Position numbers and translations under genes: made by a program | Shown: positions 13,944 through 27,479 of the stretch, piece by piece | Layout: each line of letters begins with the position of its first letter | How positions within the stretch are numbered: position 1 is the first letter of the stretch | Assembly: GCA_951406725.2 (NCBI GenBank) | Contig: OX597815.1 | Span: 137,144,001 to 137,208,000 of the forward strand | Direction of reading: 5' to 3' | From: Octopus vulgaris | Lineage: Eukaryota | DNA length: 64,000 bases | Notes under the pieces: generated by a model | Database searches by the model: none | Seen by the model: the letters and a program-made list of their open reading frames with translations, nothing else | Told to the model about the DNA's origin: nothing

Positions 13944-15440
13944 TAATTTATTGTCAGCACAACTGCTTCAATGTTTTGCAAACTATCTAGGGTTCCTTTA
14001 GGTCTCATATTTGCATGAAAATATGATATTGTAGCTTGTAAAAGATTCATAATATTTAGCAGGGTAATGAAGGTATTGATTCAAATATACGCTATTCTAC
14101 GAATATTTTTATACTCCGACACACAGTAGACCATTACATTTAGCGCAGTATACTTCAAATAATGCTTAAGGTTGTACATAAGATTGTGAGGGTATGAGAT
14201 AACGTGAGCTAAGATATATTGTTGTATGTGATAGTTCTCAAAGAAGAAAGTATTTGAATATATAGTAGATTATAAAGCAACTGGATCTGAAAACAATGAC
14301 TATGAGACGATGAACAATAAAAAAATGAAATTTATTTTACAGAGCACATTCTAGTCATTTGCTAAAACATATCATGCTGCAAACAATAAGCAAATGCAAT
14401 CAATTTGGCGCTTCTACTAGATGCAACAAGTGTCAAGCTCTTCATTATATAACTGTATATGATCAGTAGCTATGATAGATAACCAGTTTCCAAAACCGTT
14501 TAGGACACGCTTTCGGGCTGTTAGGATTATTTTGTTACTACTTCTCTACGATTTAAGTTGCTCGAAGGTTACTGCTCTGTAAATCCGGAGACACATATCA
14601 ACTAGATTCAGGTGACAAGTGTATCCAGTTTCGTCTAGAATTAGGATGAGCTGAAAGAAGCTCTAAAGTTCGGGGGGAGTAAGGAAAACCTACAACACTC
14701 TAGGCGTTATCGATGGATACCTTATCAGACGGGAACATGTACTAACTTGCCCTTTATCAAAGAGAAACTTTCCTTGGATCGAGATATTTATCTATCAATA
14801 ACATCCATTCAGATGACTGGGGCCTCGAGATATTGTGGCTAATTTTTCATTAGTGCTGCAGCATCTTATATTCCGAGGAATGATCTGCAGTAAGAATAAC
14901 TAGTTAGTTATACATTATTACATCTTTCTATGGCTGAGCTGCACTCCAAGCTCAAGTGGAGAAATAGCAGGAGCACATGACCAGTAGACTGTTGACAGGA
15001 AATATACTTAGCGTCAAGGAAACTCCTTGAATATCGTATTCCACATGTTCCACATATCAAGCAGCATTATATAAAAATACCTGACACTGCTGTCAGGAGT
15101 GTGTGATACGTTTAACTTGTTGAAAATCATCCTTATAAAGGCGATTGAGTCGCCCAATAGTATGCGATAACATATAAAGCATTAAAAACCTCGTCTGCTA
15201 TGCATTGTTGCATGCATTCAGATCGTTGACCTTTGGGATTTTATGGGCAGGCTATTGTTATCTTTATAACGGTCCTTGTAACCATTTAAGTTTATTTTAA
15301 AGAACGGCCCCGTTTCCTTTGTTAAAGAAGCATTGGAGATTCGTTCAGTATGATTCAGAATGCAGAATGATTTGAAATCAAGTATTTTCATGCCTGAGGA
15401 AAATATATGCGTGTATGCATGTGTCTAGATATAAGTATGA

Positions 15441-15494
<54 letters not shown>

Positions 15495-15918
15495 CGTCAT
15501 GCTACTACTAATAAATTCAACTCTCCATGACACTCCCGGTAATATCTTGATGGGGATACATATATTTATTTTGTTGTCATCCAAACATATATTAGATAAT
15601 ATATATGATTTATCTCCAAAAGCCCTGGATTAACAATTAGGCGCCAGTTATAAGTTGAATTGTATAAATCGTAAATTTAAAGCAAATATATTTTTACACA
15701 ATTTGATGCAGTTGACTACTAGTAATCCATAACTAAATATCTGGTAATAATGACCTTTGATTTCACAAAAATTCCACCATATACAAAGAGTAGTTCTTGC
15801 TAGAAATTGTAGTATTTGACAGCAACATATGGATCAAAAACTATAACACAGATCTCTTTATCTCTTTCATGAAATCAAATCGGACTCAAAATTCTGGTGA
15901 TATTTAAAACCTAGTCGA

Positions 15919-15979
<61 letters not shown>

Positions 15980-16029
15980 ATGTGTGCGTGTGTGCGTGCG
16001 TATGTGTATGCGTGTGTCTGTGTGTCTGT

Positions 16030-16180
16030 GTGGACATTAAACTGCATCCGCTGGAGAGCCTCCAATTCTGGAATTTTAGTGAGCGTGGAGTGAGCTCTTA
16101 ATTACCATTACTCCCAGATCCGTTCCAACCCGGGAAAGTAGTACTCGTCAGGATCTCATTTATCGATTAAATAAAATCCC
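16030..16180 (+). repeat. Degenerate interspersed repeat, probably RTE-related 3' tail
   Basis: GACATTAAACTGCATC...CCATTACTCCCAG recognised from memory as an interspersed repeat; single copy here. Confidence 0.35.
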
Positions 16181-16196
16181 CTACAGGTAAAACAGT

Positions 16197-16517
16197 AGTC
16201 AAAACGACTCAACACATCAAGTTTTCACTCTTGCATAAAGATGAAGTTGGGAGAACGGGCAAAATCACTAAGATCCCGTACTAATGACGAAAAAGAATCG
16301 AAAACTGTAAAGTCAGACATACTTGTATTGCAGCACTTTCGAACTTTGTGCAAATATCATTTAGTATCTCTTCAGTGAGTTTTACTGGTCCAAAATGTCT
16401 GACTTTTCAATTTTCGGTTTTTGTAGTCATTGATACGGAATCCTGGTGATTTTGCCCGTTCCCCCGAGTTCATCTTTATGCAAAAGTGAAAACTTGTGGT
16501 TTTGAGTCGTTTTGACT
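16197..16517. mobile_element. Fold-back MITE-like element with about 125-bp imperfect arms
   Basis: AGTCAAAACGACTCAA...AAAGTCAGACAT is mirrored by ATGTCTGACTTT...TTGAGTCGTTTTGACT. Confidence 0.8.
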
Positions 16518-16580
16518 GATATTTTAGCATGCTGGTACTACTTGTGATATCCTTCATTATTAATATATACACACACACAC

Positions 16581-16645
<65 letters not shown>

Positions 16646-16849
16646 TGTCCAAAATAAATTCTTGCACTATTAATTGACAAACAGTTACAAGTATGTAATT
16701 TTAAGATCTGAGTTTCAACCTTAGCAAGGAAATGCTTCAACTGCATTTTCAACCTAGTGATTCAATTAAATTAACCTGCGCAAATTTCTTAGAAATCTAT
16801 ACCCATAATTGCGCAATAATTCGATCATTTCATAAGATAACATATTTCA

Positions 16850-17135
16850 CCGAGTAGAAAATCAAGAAATGCTCAGCACAGCATATGAATTCATGTAAAA
16901 ATAAGAAACTAATGAATTCGACAGGATTAAGTAAATACGTTTGGAGTTTAAAGTCGAAAGAAATCAATTATGAATTAAAGTGGGATATAATATGTAAAAC
17001 GAAATCGTATAGAATTGGAAATAGGTCATGTCTGTTATGTACCCCTGAATTCATGGAGATATTATGGAAAAGCTATTGATTTTTAAACATAATAATATGA
17101 ATATTAAATGTGTTTCCGATTAATGTCTTCATACA
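16850..17135 (+). mobile_element. Penelope-like element, GIY-YIG endonuclease C-terminal remnant
   Basis: ORF 16885-17079 NSTGLSKYVWSLK...LKWDI...Y.IGNRSCLLC..E matches the PLE endonuclease tail pattern. Confidence 0.75.
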
Positions 17136-17247
17136 CACACACACAGAAATGTGCATGTACATATATCACAATACCAAACGGCATTTCATCGGTGCAACAT
17201 GAGACCCCAATATTGTATATATCCTTTCATATTATTTACATTTCATA

Positions 17248-17447
17248 AGGTGGTGAGCTGGCAGAAACGTTAGCACGCCGGGCGAAATACATAGTGGTAT
17301 TTCGTCTGTCTTTCCGTTCTGAGTTCGACTTTGCCTTTCATCCTTTCGGGGTCGATAAATTAAGTACCTGTTGCGTACTTGAGTCGATCCAACAGACTGG
17401 CACCCTCCCCCAAAATTTCGGGCCTTGTGCCTACAGTAGAAAATATC
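17248..17447 (+). mobile_element. tRNA-derived SINE, family 2, with 14-bp TSD
   Basis: GAGCTGGCAGAAACGTTAG head, GACTTTGCCTTTCATCCTTTCGGGGTCGAT core; ATTTACATTTCATA duplicated at 17234-17247 and 17448-17461. Confidence 0.88.
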
Positions 17448-18042
17448 ATTTACATTTCATATTTATTGATTTTTAATTCATGGGATGTTTTGCCATCAAC
17501 GATTTGGCGCGAACAATATGGTGCATGTAATTGTGGTAATGGCAGAATAGCGCTGCTGATTGTGTACAAAACCTATCAAATAAGGGATGTTTTAACGTCA
17601 AGAATATTTCTTTCTTATTCCGCTAACAACAAATTTTTACTCATTGGACACGAATCACCACAGAGAATAAAAATATATGGAGATACTAATAATTACCAAA
17701 TCAAAAACTAAATAATGCTACATATTTCGATGGATGTATATATAATCAGTTAAGAAGAATCTTTCACATGAGTTCTGTATGTTGAATAATGGGAGACACC
17801 ACCATTTCTTAGATACTTCATATTCATTTTAATCTCAGTTTTTCAAATACTTCTTCATTTTAATCAATTAAATATTTCTGCCCGACTCTCTCTTTGTCAC
17901 ACTTGCTGTTTCTCTCATTCTCATTCATTCCTTACCCTCGGAAAAACTCTTCCTCACACTCTTACTCACTATTACGCTCTCAAACACTCTCTCTCTCCCG
18001 ATCTCTCTCTCTCTCTCTTTCCCTCCCTATCTTTCTCTCTCC

Positions 18043-18079
<37 letters not shown>

Positions 18080-18494
18080 GCTCTCTTTTTCTCTATATCT
18101 TTCTCTCTCCTTTCTTGGAGTATGTGTGCACATCTACTTGCTTTTAGCACCAAAAAGCCATCTCCAAAAGAGCTACACCCAAATGCCCGTACCCAGTGGC
18201 CCCATTCCGTTTTTATTTATTCTCTTTTACATTCAAAAAGTATTTCACTTCTAATAATAACTTCATCTCTCATAATAAATATAACATTTGGTAATTATTT
18301 ATTAAGTATCAAGAGAAACGCTATACTTATTATAACAGTCGAAAAGGAATAATGCTAATTGAAACTATATTTACAATAAGTTTCTGTTTCATTGGTAGAT
18401 AGAGGTTTACAAGCACATGCATACATGCATGCATGCTTACATACATAATACATACATGCATACATACGTACATACATATATAGATACATACATA

Positions 18495-18680
18495 CAAACA
18501 TACACGCCAGCATTGTTGTATGGTTATAAAACTCGCACAATAACCACGCGATTTCGGGTTCAGCTCTACTGCATGCACCTTGGACAATTGAATTCTACTA
18601 TGGCCCTGGAACAAACAATTTCTTGTGAGTGAAATTGGCCAAGGGAAACTGGGAGGAATCCTGCCATGTATATGTGTGTG
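18495..18680 (+). mobile_element. Degenerate SINE family 1 head
   Basis: GGGTTCAGCTCTACTGCATGCACCTTGGACAA similar to 4064-4096. Confidence 0.65.
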
Positions 18681-20484
18681 TGTGCATGTCTGTATGTATG
18701 TTCCTATGTATGCATATATATGTGGACATTTAAATCTAAATATATGTATTTAAATGAACGTTTTCCTTAAAGTTGGTAAATAGGTACAGCAATATATATT
18801 GTTCGTGTATCACATACATGAAACCGGTACACAGCTTAAGTCGGTGAATCGGATAACTGGAATACTCATCGTCGAAATTGACAGAGACCCATTTAATTTT
18901 AATAATATATATATACATTCATGAATATTTTAATATATTGTGATATTACAATTCAATGCTACATTAAAAATAAAATTATTCTTTCTGTACAACTAATTAC
19001 AAGTGAGACCATGTGTAATAAACAAAAAAGAAGCATGCAATTAAAATATATTATATAAACATATTCTTAAACTTGTAATATTTTAACAATATATTGTCCA
19101 ATTGTTTTAAAAAATCACAAGTTAGAAATAATCCAATGCTGAACCATATGTCTTAAATATATTAAAATATATGCGCATACACAACTGTACAATTAAACAG
19201 AATAAATTAACGGGCACATAAAAGGAATTCATAATCAGTGGTTTAATTATTGCTCCTCTCCGAATAGCATTTTCTTTTCTGTTTATGCTAAACAGATTCA
19301 GACACAACAAAACAGAAACTTCAATTATATAGACAAACAAATATATGTTAATGTAACATATATGAATAGCTTTATAATATATTCATATATGAAGACATAA
19401 TATTAGCTATTAAATTTTACATATATGTGTGTGTGTGTGTATATGTATATTGGTGTATATATATATATTAAAGCATTTGTATTAAGGTGTATGGCATATA
19501 TGAAAAAAATTGTAACAGAGCTAATAGAAGAGGGAGAGCGTTCTAGTAGCATATTTTCGGTTTTGCCCTAATAAACAAAATGTAACGTCGCAGCTTCCGG
19601 TTGACATTTGTTTAGTTAAATGCTAAATCACAGATTGTTAATACAATACATCTAACGATGTGGTTACGATCCCTAAGGTGCAGTGTAGATATACAAATAC
19701 CCCATACTCCAAGTAAGCCTAAACTGCATCTGGGTTACGATTCTGAGTTGAAGCGGATCTTTTACAATTACACCGATTGTAAAGTGAGAAATCTGAAACA
19801 TTTTATTTAACAAAAAATTAATCCCCAATTTCGTAAATTATCTCTGTATTACTTGTTCTCTTCGTGATTATTATTATCATTTTTTTTTCACTAATGGAGG
19901 TTTATGAAAGCCAATATACAGTATAATATATATTTTTCGGTATTTCACATTTCATGAGTCAATAACCCCTAATCACACAAAGCATTATATGTATATGCAT
20001 CTATATATACATACGTCCCTCAATGCCGGACAAATGATATCGGAATGCTCAGTACATATTGTAGAAGAAATATATATATACAGGTGAGAGAGTTGGTGTG
20101 TAAAAGCACGTTGTTGGATGTATAAAAAATAAAAAAGAGTGAAAAAACTGCACAAGGCTTGTGTTATAAGGTTAAAGAATATATTTAAGTCGTTATGTTA
20201 GAAAAATGTTATAAAATTTTATGTATAGTAACATTGTTTTGGGAGAAATAACCAGTTTCGTATATTCTTTTCAAATTTCTCAAATCTCTTTACCTACATC
20301 GTGTCATGTTTTGACACGATGTAGGTAAAGAAATTTGAGAAATGTGTTTATTTTAATTTTATATATATATATTCGTTTTCGTCAATATTTACATGCATTC
20401 ACATGCACTGATATGTTTGCATGTTTGAATGTTGCGACACATTCATGTAGATATACATACATATATATATATATACAAACACAT

Positions 20485-20637
<153 letters not shown>

Positions 20638-21249
20638 TAATTGAGGTGATATATATGTGAATGTCTCGAAATTATATTTAGAACGTGTTTTCAGAAACAA
20701 TTCTATTACGTTTCTGACTTTTACATATTTCTGTTGTTTTTAGTGTATTGTGGGCATGTTGAATTGAATCACATTAGCAGAAATGACACTGATTATGATC
20801 ACTCGGTCTTACAAAGATATTTCCATTACTAATACAAATAAATCACATATGTTCCTTATACCAACCACTCACGAATGCATAAGTAAATTATAGAGTTTAA
20901 ATGTTACAACAATTTCTTTTCTTTCAAAGCGAGTCTTTGTCGAACTTAAACCAAATTTGTATGACTTTTTAATTGCTTTAAAGGAGTATGTAATAAAGTT
21001 AAGGTGCCCAGTGAATAATAAAGTTAAGATTTTCACTTTTACCGAAAATGATGTTAAGCGTACACATGTTAGGTTATCATTATCTCAGAATTTAATTGAA
21101 ACACACATATCGTAGCGAGATACTTCGATATAATTCAGGACTGGAATTCATTGATAACTTTGGAAAATGACACGCAAATATACCAATGATGGAATTTGAG
21201 CCTCATCTGACATCATTCCTCATCATTTTATTCGAGAATTATATCCCCA

Positions 21250-21405
21250 TCCTTAGTCCGTTCTTGAGCTCTGAGTACAAATTTCGCCGAAGTTGACTTT
21301 GCCTTTCATCATTCCGGGGTTGTTAAAATATGGACCAGTCAATGTCATTGGCCTATATTCCCCCCCACCAAATTGCTGGCCTTGAGTCAAATTTTGAAAT
21401 CAATT
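21250..21405 (+). mobile_element. Degenerate SINE family 2
   Basis: GACTTTGCCTTTCATC core and CCCCACCAAATTGCTGGCCTTG tail. Confidence 0.65.
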
Positions 21406-21802
21406 ATAGCTTCACACACATTTCAAATTAATCTGAAGCAAATATTACTAGCATACCATATGGAAATTACATTTTTATTGCCTGCTGCCTTTGTGGTCAG
21501 TTTTTAATACACCTAGATATCGCCTGGTGCAGCTAAGGACTGCTGCACCATCACTCACATACACATAAAACGTTCGGCCCCACATATACGCATTCATATA
21601 CGTGAATACACATATGCAGTAGTACTTGTATAAACATACGCAATGTATACATACACACACACACACATACCTATATATATATATACACACACACACACAT
21701 ATATAAACATGTTTATATATGAATATATATTTATATATATGTTTATATATGTATGTATGTATATTTATACATATATGTTTTTATATATCTATGTATTTTT
21801 TA

Positions 21803-22952
21803 TTTATTTATCTAGTTTCAGCTCACGAGCTGTGGCCATGCTGGGGCACCGCCATTTGGTGTTGCTACATGATTTTACTTCACGAATGCTTTTTAGCAAT
21901 TGCCATTTGGTGCATGAGAGAGTTCGATGCAGCTGCCCTCATCTGCACCTCCTGCCGTGAAGTTGATTCATCTGGGATACCTGACAGGAAGAGATCTTTT
22001 TAAAGACATCTGCATCCACCCCATGCAGGTTTCTTAGGTTCTTCGGGAGGATATTGAACAGCTGTGGGCCTCGGAAGCCCAGGCTATCACAGTATCTTGT
22101 TCTACATCTTGATGACAAATTTGGAGCCCTTGGCACTATGCAGTGGCGCCCAGTTCTGGCATTTGTGTAACTCTCGATGCCAAAGTTTGGGACAAGTCCC
22201 TCTAGGATCTTCCAGATGTATATTATGGCATATCTTTCTCGCCTACGCTTTAAGGAATAGAGTCTCAATCTCTTGAATCTTTCCCAATAGCTTATATGCT
22301 GCGCAGAGGCTATCTTCTTATTGTAGCTTCGTTGGATCGCCTCAAGTTCTGTGATTAACTTGACACTGGATGGTGACCATAGCTGAGAGAAATAGTCAAA
22401 GTGGCTTGGGACAAGTGTCCTCCAGAGGACCATCATGGTTTCCTGGTCTCTTGTTCTAAAGGTTCTAAGAATCCATCCGGTCAGCCGCCTACATTACATT
22501 GCCAATTTAGCAACATGCATATGAAAGGTTGCATCATCACTCATGTAAATACCCAGGTCTCGCACTGATTGTGCCTCTGGGATTGCAGTCCCACCAGGTC
22601 CAGTGAATTTATTGGGTATTGCATTTAGTTTTGCGTGTTGATAGCATAGAGCTTGAAACTTTTCAGCATTGAACTGCATGCTATTCTTTTCAGCCCACTT
22701 GTATATATTGTCCAGCTCACATTGCAGGTGATTAGTGTCTTCAGGGTTCTGTATTGCCTGTGAAACTTTTGTATCATCTGCATAACTTGTGATCGTGACT
22801 CTCTGCGTGGCTGAGGGCATTCTGAGAGGGCCATTATGAACAGTAGTGGTCCCAAAACAGTGCCCTGCGGAACACCGCTCACTATTTGTGTGTTAGTGGA
22901 AGTGGCCCCATTGGCTACTAACACCTGACTTCTATCCTTCAGAAAGTCATGT
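21803..22952 (-). mobile_element. 5'-truncated CR1-group LINE with intact 3' tail
   Basis: ORFs: GVPQGTVLGPLLF, YADDTK, RDLGIYMS, YWERFKRLRLYSLKRRRERY, GPQLFNILP; frameshifted. Confidence 0.92.
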
Positions 22953-22969
22953 TTATATATGTATGTATT

Positions 22970-23009
<40 letters not shown>

Positions 23010-23236
23010 TAAATTAGGGTATCTATGCTGACAATAGCATCCATGATCTGACTCTAAAACCACTTTTTAGAGTTAGATCATGGCTGCTATTTTCAGCATG
23101 CTGGTATCTCGTAGATACCCTAATTTATAATCTTAATAATTATTACCTTTGAACGTTATTTTTTCCATGCTGACCACTTGATAAAATCGTTATTTTATTA
23201 TTAGATTAACGATCTTATCCTTATATGATTGATTGA

Positions 23237-23296
23237 TTCTAGTTTCAGCTCACGAGTTGTGGCCATGCTGGGGCACCGCCATGCTGGGGCACCGCC

Positions 23297-23297
<1 letters not shown>
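23237..23297 (-). repeat. Isolated CR1-family 3' tail with internal duplication
   Basis: Near-identical to 21811-21853; CATGCTGGGGCACCGC occurs twice in tandem. Confidence 0.75.
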
Positions 23298-23348
<51 letters not shown>

Positions 23349-23427
23349 GTATATGTTTATATATGTATGTATTTATGTATGTATATATGTTTATATATGT
23401 ATGTATATTTATAAATATATATGTTTA

Positions 23428-23458
<31 letters not shown>

Positions 23459-23462
23459 GTTT

Positions 23463-23513
<51 letters not shown>

Positions 23514-23559
23514 AGTACCTCTATATGTATATTTATTTGTATATATATATATATATATA

Positions 23560-23840
23560 TTCTTTAACTTGTTTCAGTCATTTGACTGCGGGCATGCTGG
23601 AGCCCCGCCTTTAGTCGAGCAAATCGACCCCAGGACTTATTCTTTGTTAGCATAGTACATGCACCAACCTGAACGTCACCGCCGCAACTTATCTTTTTAG
23701 TCTAGTGTTTCTATTGCCGAACTGTTAAGGTAAGGAGGCTATGGTAGAACACAATCGCCCAAGGCGTCACATAATGAGACTTGAACCCAGAACTATGCGA
23801 TTCACGAATAAACTTTTTGACACACAACCACGCCTTCGTA
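23560..23840 (-). mobile_element. Rearranged SINE family 1 fragments
   Basis: Reverse complement of the SINE tail (23560-23660) and head (about 23740-23840). Confidence 0.7.
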
Positions 23841-23843
23841 CAT

Positions 23844-23920
<77 letters not shown>

Positions 23921-23974
23921 AGTATGTATGTATATATTTTTTTTTGTTTATGAGAAATGTTTTGAATATGCAAA

Positions 23975-24446
23975 TAAAGCTTTCATATGTATCCAATTGA
24001 CTACTTGTTTTCCTTCCTCCCCGAGGAAAAAGGATATCTCTGACAATATTTATGACCATACCTAGCCATCTGTTGTCAACTCACTCTTGCCCTTTATTCT
24101 AAACAGACATAGTCCTCTAGTCTTACTTACATTTAGTAGTTGATAAAGAGATAAATGAATTAGAAATGAATCACAATGCTTTACAAGCTATGACCCAATG
24201 GGCTTCATGCGATTCTTAGAAGTGTAATCTATTCTTAGCTACAATAGCAACAACATGAATTTGTTCCATCTTCTTGCTTTGGTAAAGTATTTGAGAAAAA
24301 TTATATTAACGTGTCCAAGTGGTTAAAATTCTAATTACTTATTTGTGCAGCTGATGATGGCACTGATTTTAAATTGATTTAATTATTGCGTTGTTCAATT
24401 AAATGGAGCCGCTTGAAACGCTCGTACTACTTGATATCCTGTTGCT

Positions 24447-24450
<4 letters not shown>
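23975..24450 (+). mobile_element. Penelope-like 3' remnant with hammerhead-bearing terminal repeat
   Basis: Decayed endonuclease-like coding followed by a CTGATGA...GAAAC-GCTC-GTA motif; last ~250 bp repeated at 25278-25527. Confidence 0.6.
24345..24430 (+). ncRNA. Type I hammerhead ribozyme motif, partly degenerate
   Basis: GTGCAG-CTGATGA-TGGC...GCTT-GAAAC-GCTC-GTA-CTAC; stem I has a mismatch; homologous to 50473-50562. Confidence 0.6.
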
Positions 24451-24477
<27 letters not shown>

Positions 24478-24670
24478 CGGTGTGCCAGCGCTTAGTAGTG
24501 ATGTGTGTATACACAAACGTGTTATGAGATGATTTATGCTTGAGGCATATTTAAATGTGCAAGAAGGCCATTCACTGTATACTGTCATGAAGAAAATTTC
24601 TCCATGTAGACAAATAGGTATGACGATAGTGAGTCATCTGCCTCGAGATATTTACATACATACATGCATT

Positions 24671-24704
<34 letters not shown>

Positions 24705-24739
24705 ATATATTATATATAGGCTAGTAGAGTCAGCGGTTG

Positions 24740-25527
24740 GAATAACCATCTAAAGGATAAAAATATCCGTTTTACTACCGGTATAAACTACCTATATTAA
24801 CTATCGTCATACTTATGCAAACATATGCTCATAGGATTCAAGCAATAACAAAGATCAACGAGAGTTTATCAGGAATCAAATTTAAATTAAGCAGAAAATG
24901 GAGAAATCTAGATCAGCAACTGACTACCATCGATTATGTTTTCAATATAAAACTTTATCCTATCTAATAGACGTTTCTGCTTCCAATGTCCCACAGCGCT
25001 GTCAAAGAAAATTCTAAGAATAATATTCGTCATATTCTATAGCACATCCGATCTGGAACATGGAGCTCCATCAGAGCCTCGAGAGGAGGAATGAAGGCTT
25101 AATATATTTGAATCATACCATTTTGCAGTGTAACGCTTCAGGCAGTTTAGAAAATGACTAAACTAAAAATGAATTGGTGAGTTAATCTTTCTTTAAAGGT
25201 AACAGTGTGTAAAATAATATATTTATCCTGCACTATATCGGTACAACTTGATGTGACCCCGGAAAATTGGTTCACTAGGCTTCATGCGATTCTTGGAAGT
25301 GTAATCTATTCTTAGCTACAATAGCGACAACATGAATTTATCCCATCTTGCTTTGTTAAAGTATTTGAGAAAAATTATGTTAACGTGTCCAACTGGTTAA
25401 AATTCTAATTACTTATTGGCACAGATTTTAAATCGATGTGATGATTGCATGGTTCCTTGATGATTCAATTAAATGGAGCCGCTTGAAACGGTCATACTCC
25501 ATCACTACTTAATATTCTGTTACTTAT
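24740..25527 (+). mobile_element. Degenerate Penelope-like element (RT thumb to GIY-YIG)
   Basis: Fragments YINYRH and HYIGTT; 3' end duplicates 24202-24450 but the CTGATGA segment is deleted. Confidence 0.6.
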
Positions 25528-25643
25528 TTTGTTTTTATTCACCTTACTCCGAGCTGTGCGGATAATAGCGAACTGACTTTGTGCTTCAACTTAAGTACCT
25601 AATTCAACTGAATCTCAATTATACACACACACACATACACACA

Positions 25644-25743
<100 letters not shown>

Positions 25744-25857
25744 GTGCCGTAGTTACTTAGAAACTTTTAAATGCAACTACTATTGCTGTTTTATATAAAT
25801 CACCTTCTGTCGATATGAAAATATTGAAATATAGAAAATAAGATATTTGTACCGTAA

Positions 25858-26900
25858 ATGCTTCCACTGCAAAAAGGAAGAGACTTATTGTTACAATGAA
25901 ACCAAAAAATCGGATATTACACAACGCCATAGGCGTGGCGATAGCGCTTCGAAAAATCTCGGAGATGTTAGCATTTTTGCATAGACCGTAAAAATAGTGT
26001 GAAACATACAGCTGAAACTGAAGAAAAAGATAAATTTGCGTTAGTCTTTCGTAACATTTTGTTGTTGTTTTTCTTTCTTTTCAGAATGGAAGTATTACCA
26101 TGATAAAAATGAAACATCTTGCTATAAGGATTAAGGTGTGTAATCAAAGTCTTACTCCCTTTCCAAAACAATAATTCAAGCAAAAACTCTAAGTATATTT
26201 ACAGCTGTAAATAATAATAATAATAATCAAACAGCTCTGAAGATAGATATATTCAAAACAAGTTCTAGTTGGTTTGAATAATTATTCAAGAATAGAATTC
26301 AGTTACAAAGTCTAAACATAAGTGAGGAGTCAACCAATGGTGATAAAAAGCTGAAGTAAATTATGCGGCTGCTTTGAAGTAAATATTAGCGGGAGATGGG
26401 TATATTGAACAAAAATTATTTAACGTAGATAGAAATGGATTAGTTAGGAAAAGAATCTACTAAACTCTATATTTCTTAAAATGAAAAATTTCAACCAGGA
26501 CTGAATATTTGTTAAGATCATTTCGAGGAAACGCAGACGATGCTTTCTAGTTAAAGAGTAATATTACATTCAAATTAATACTAATTATCGATAATGTTAC
26601 TATTCACGTGGTCATTTGTGTGTAAATATAAATTACCTTTTTTACCACCAAATACGACAGCATTATTGCAACCAGTGGACCAAAAAAAATTACAACATGA
26701 AAAACTTATATGCGAACTAGGTAGTGTGCACCAAAAATTGCTCAAGCAATAGATAACAATTTAATCTCAAGTTGATTTGTAGAAGAAATATATCAAAATC
26801 GCAATTAACGATATTCACCATGCTTGTTCATGTAAAATAGCCGCGGCCTAGCCGCAAGGACCAAATACTTTGGAGGGACTGTCTTCTCAATTGGAGACTT
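25858..26900 (+). pseudogene. pogo/Tigger (CENP-B-like) transposase relic
   Basis: Manual translation: KRKRLIVTM..RRGDSASKISEML (psq-type HTH), FKTSSSWFE, GYIEQKLFNVDRNGL, FLPPNTTALLQPVDQ (DDE_1); many stops, apparent insertion about 25975-26220. Confidence 0.8.
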
Positions 26901-27479
26901 TTATTCAAAAAACAGATTCGTTTTGATGAATTTGTCTCTGGAACTCCTCGTATTCATAATTTTCTTGAGTCTTTTAATCTAGAAGAATTATACAATAACG
27001 TACTTCTTTCTTTAGATGGACAAAATGTATTAGAAGAAGCAGAGCATAATTGATGAGTTGCAATCGAGCTGATAAAGGATCTCTTCATCATGGAATATGA
27101 AAATATATTTATAAAATGTGGAAGAATTAGAGGAAATTATCATTAATGTTAGTCACATCTAATAAATGAAGCAACGTCACTGAACTTTTTACGAAGTTAT
27201 TCTAATTTACAAGCATTTGTGGTGACTTAAAGAGAGAATTTGGTGCAATATATTTTGTTTAGTTATTTTAATGTCTGTAATATTATTTATGTATATTTAT
27301 TTTGCTATGTTTACATTTAGAACTTGCTAACACTTTCAGATTCCTCTTCTTAAAAACATTTTTATCTTAAAAATTTTAATTTCATTTTCCAAAATAAAAT
27401 GTAATTTGTTACGTCGTTTATTGAGTGAACATTTCCAAAGTGTTTTTACTCTCAGCTAGGACATATAGACATAAATAAG

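Noticed and set aside
14600-15100. Possible Tx1/L1-type RT remnant (DELKEALK...DG)
   Set aside because: Only one weak motif; no further RT motifs could be followed.
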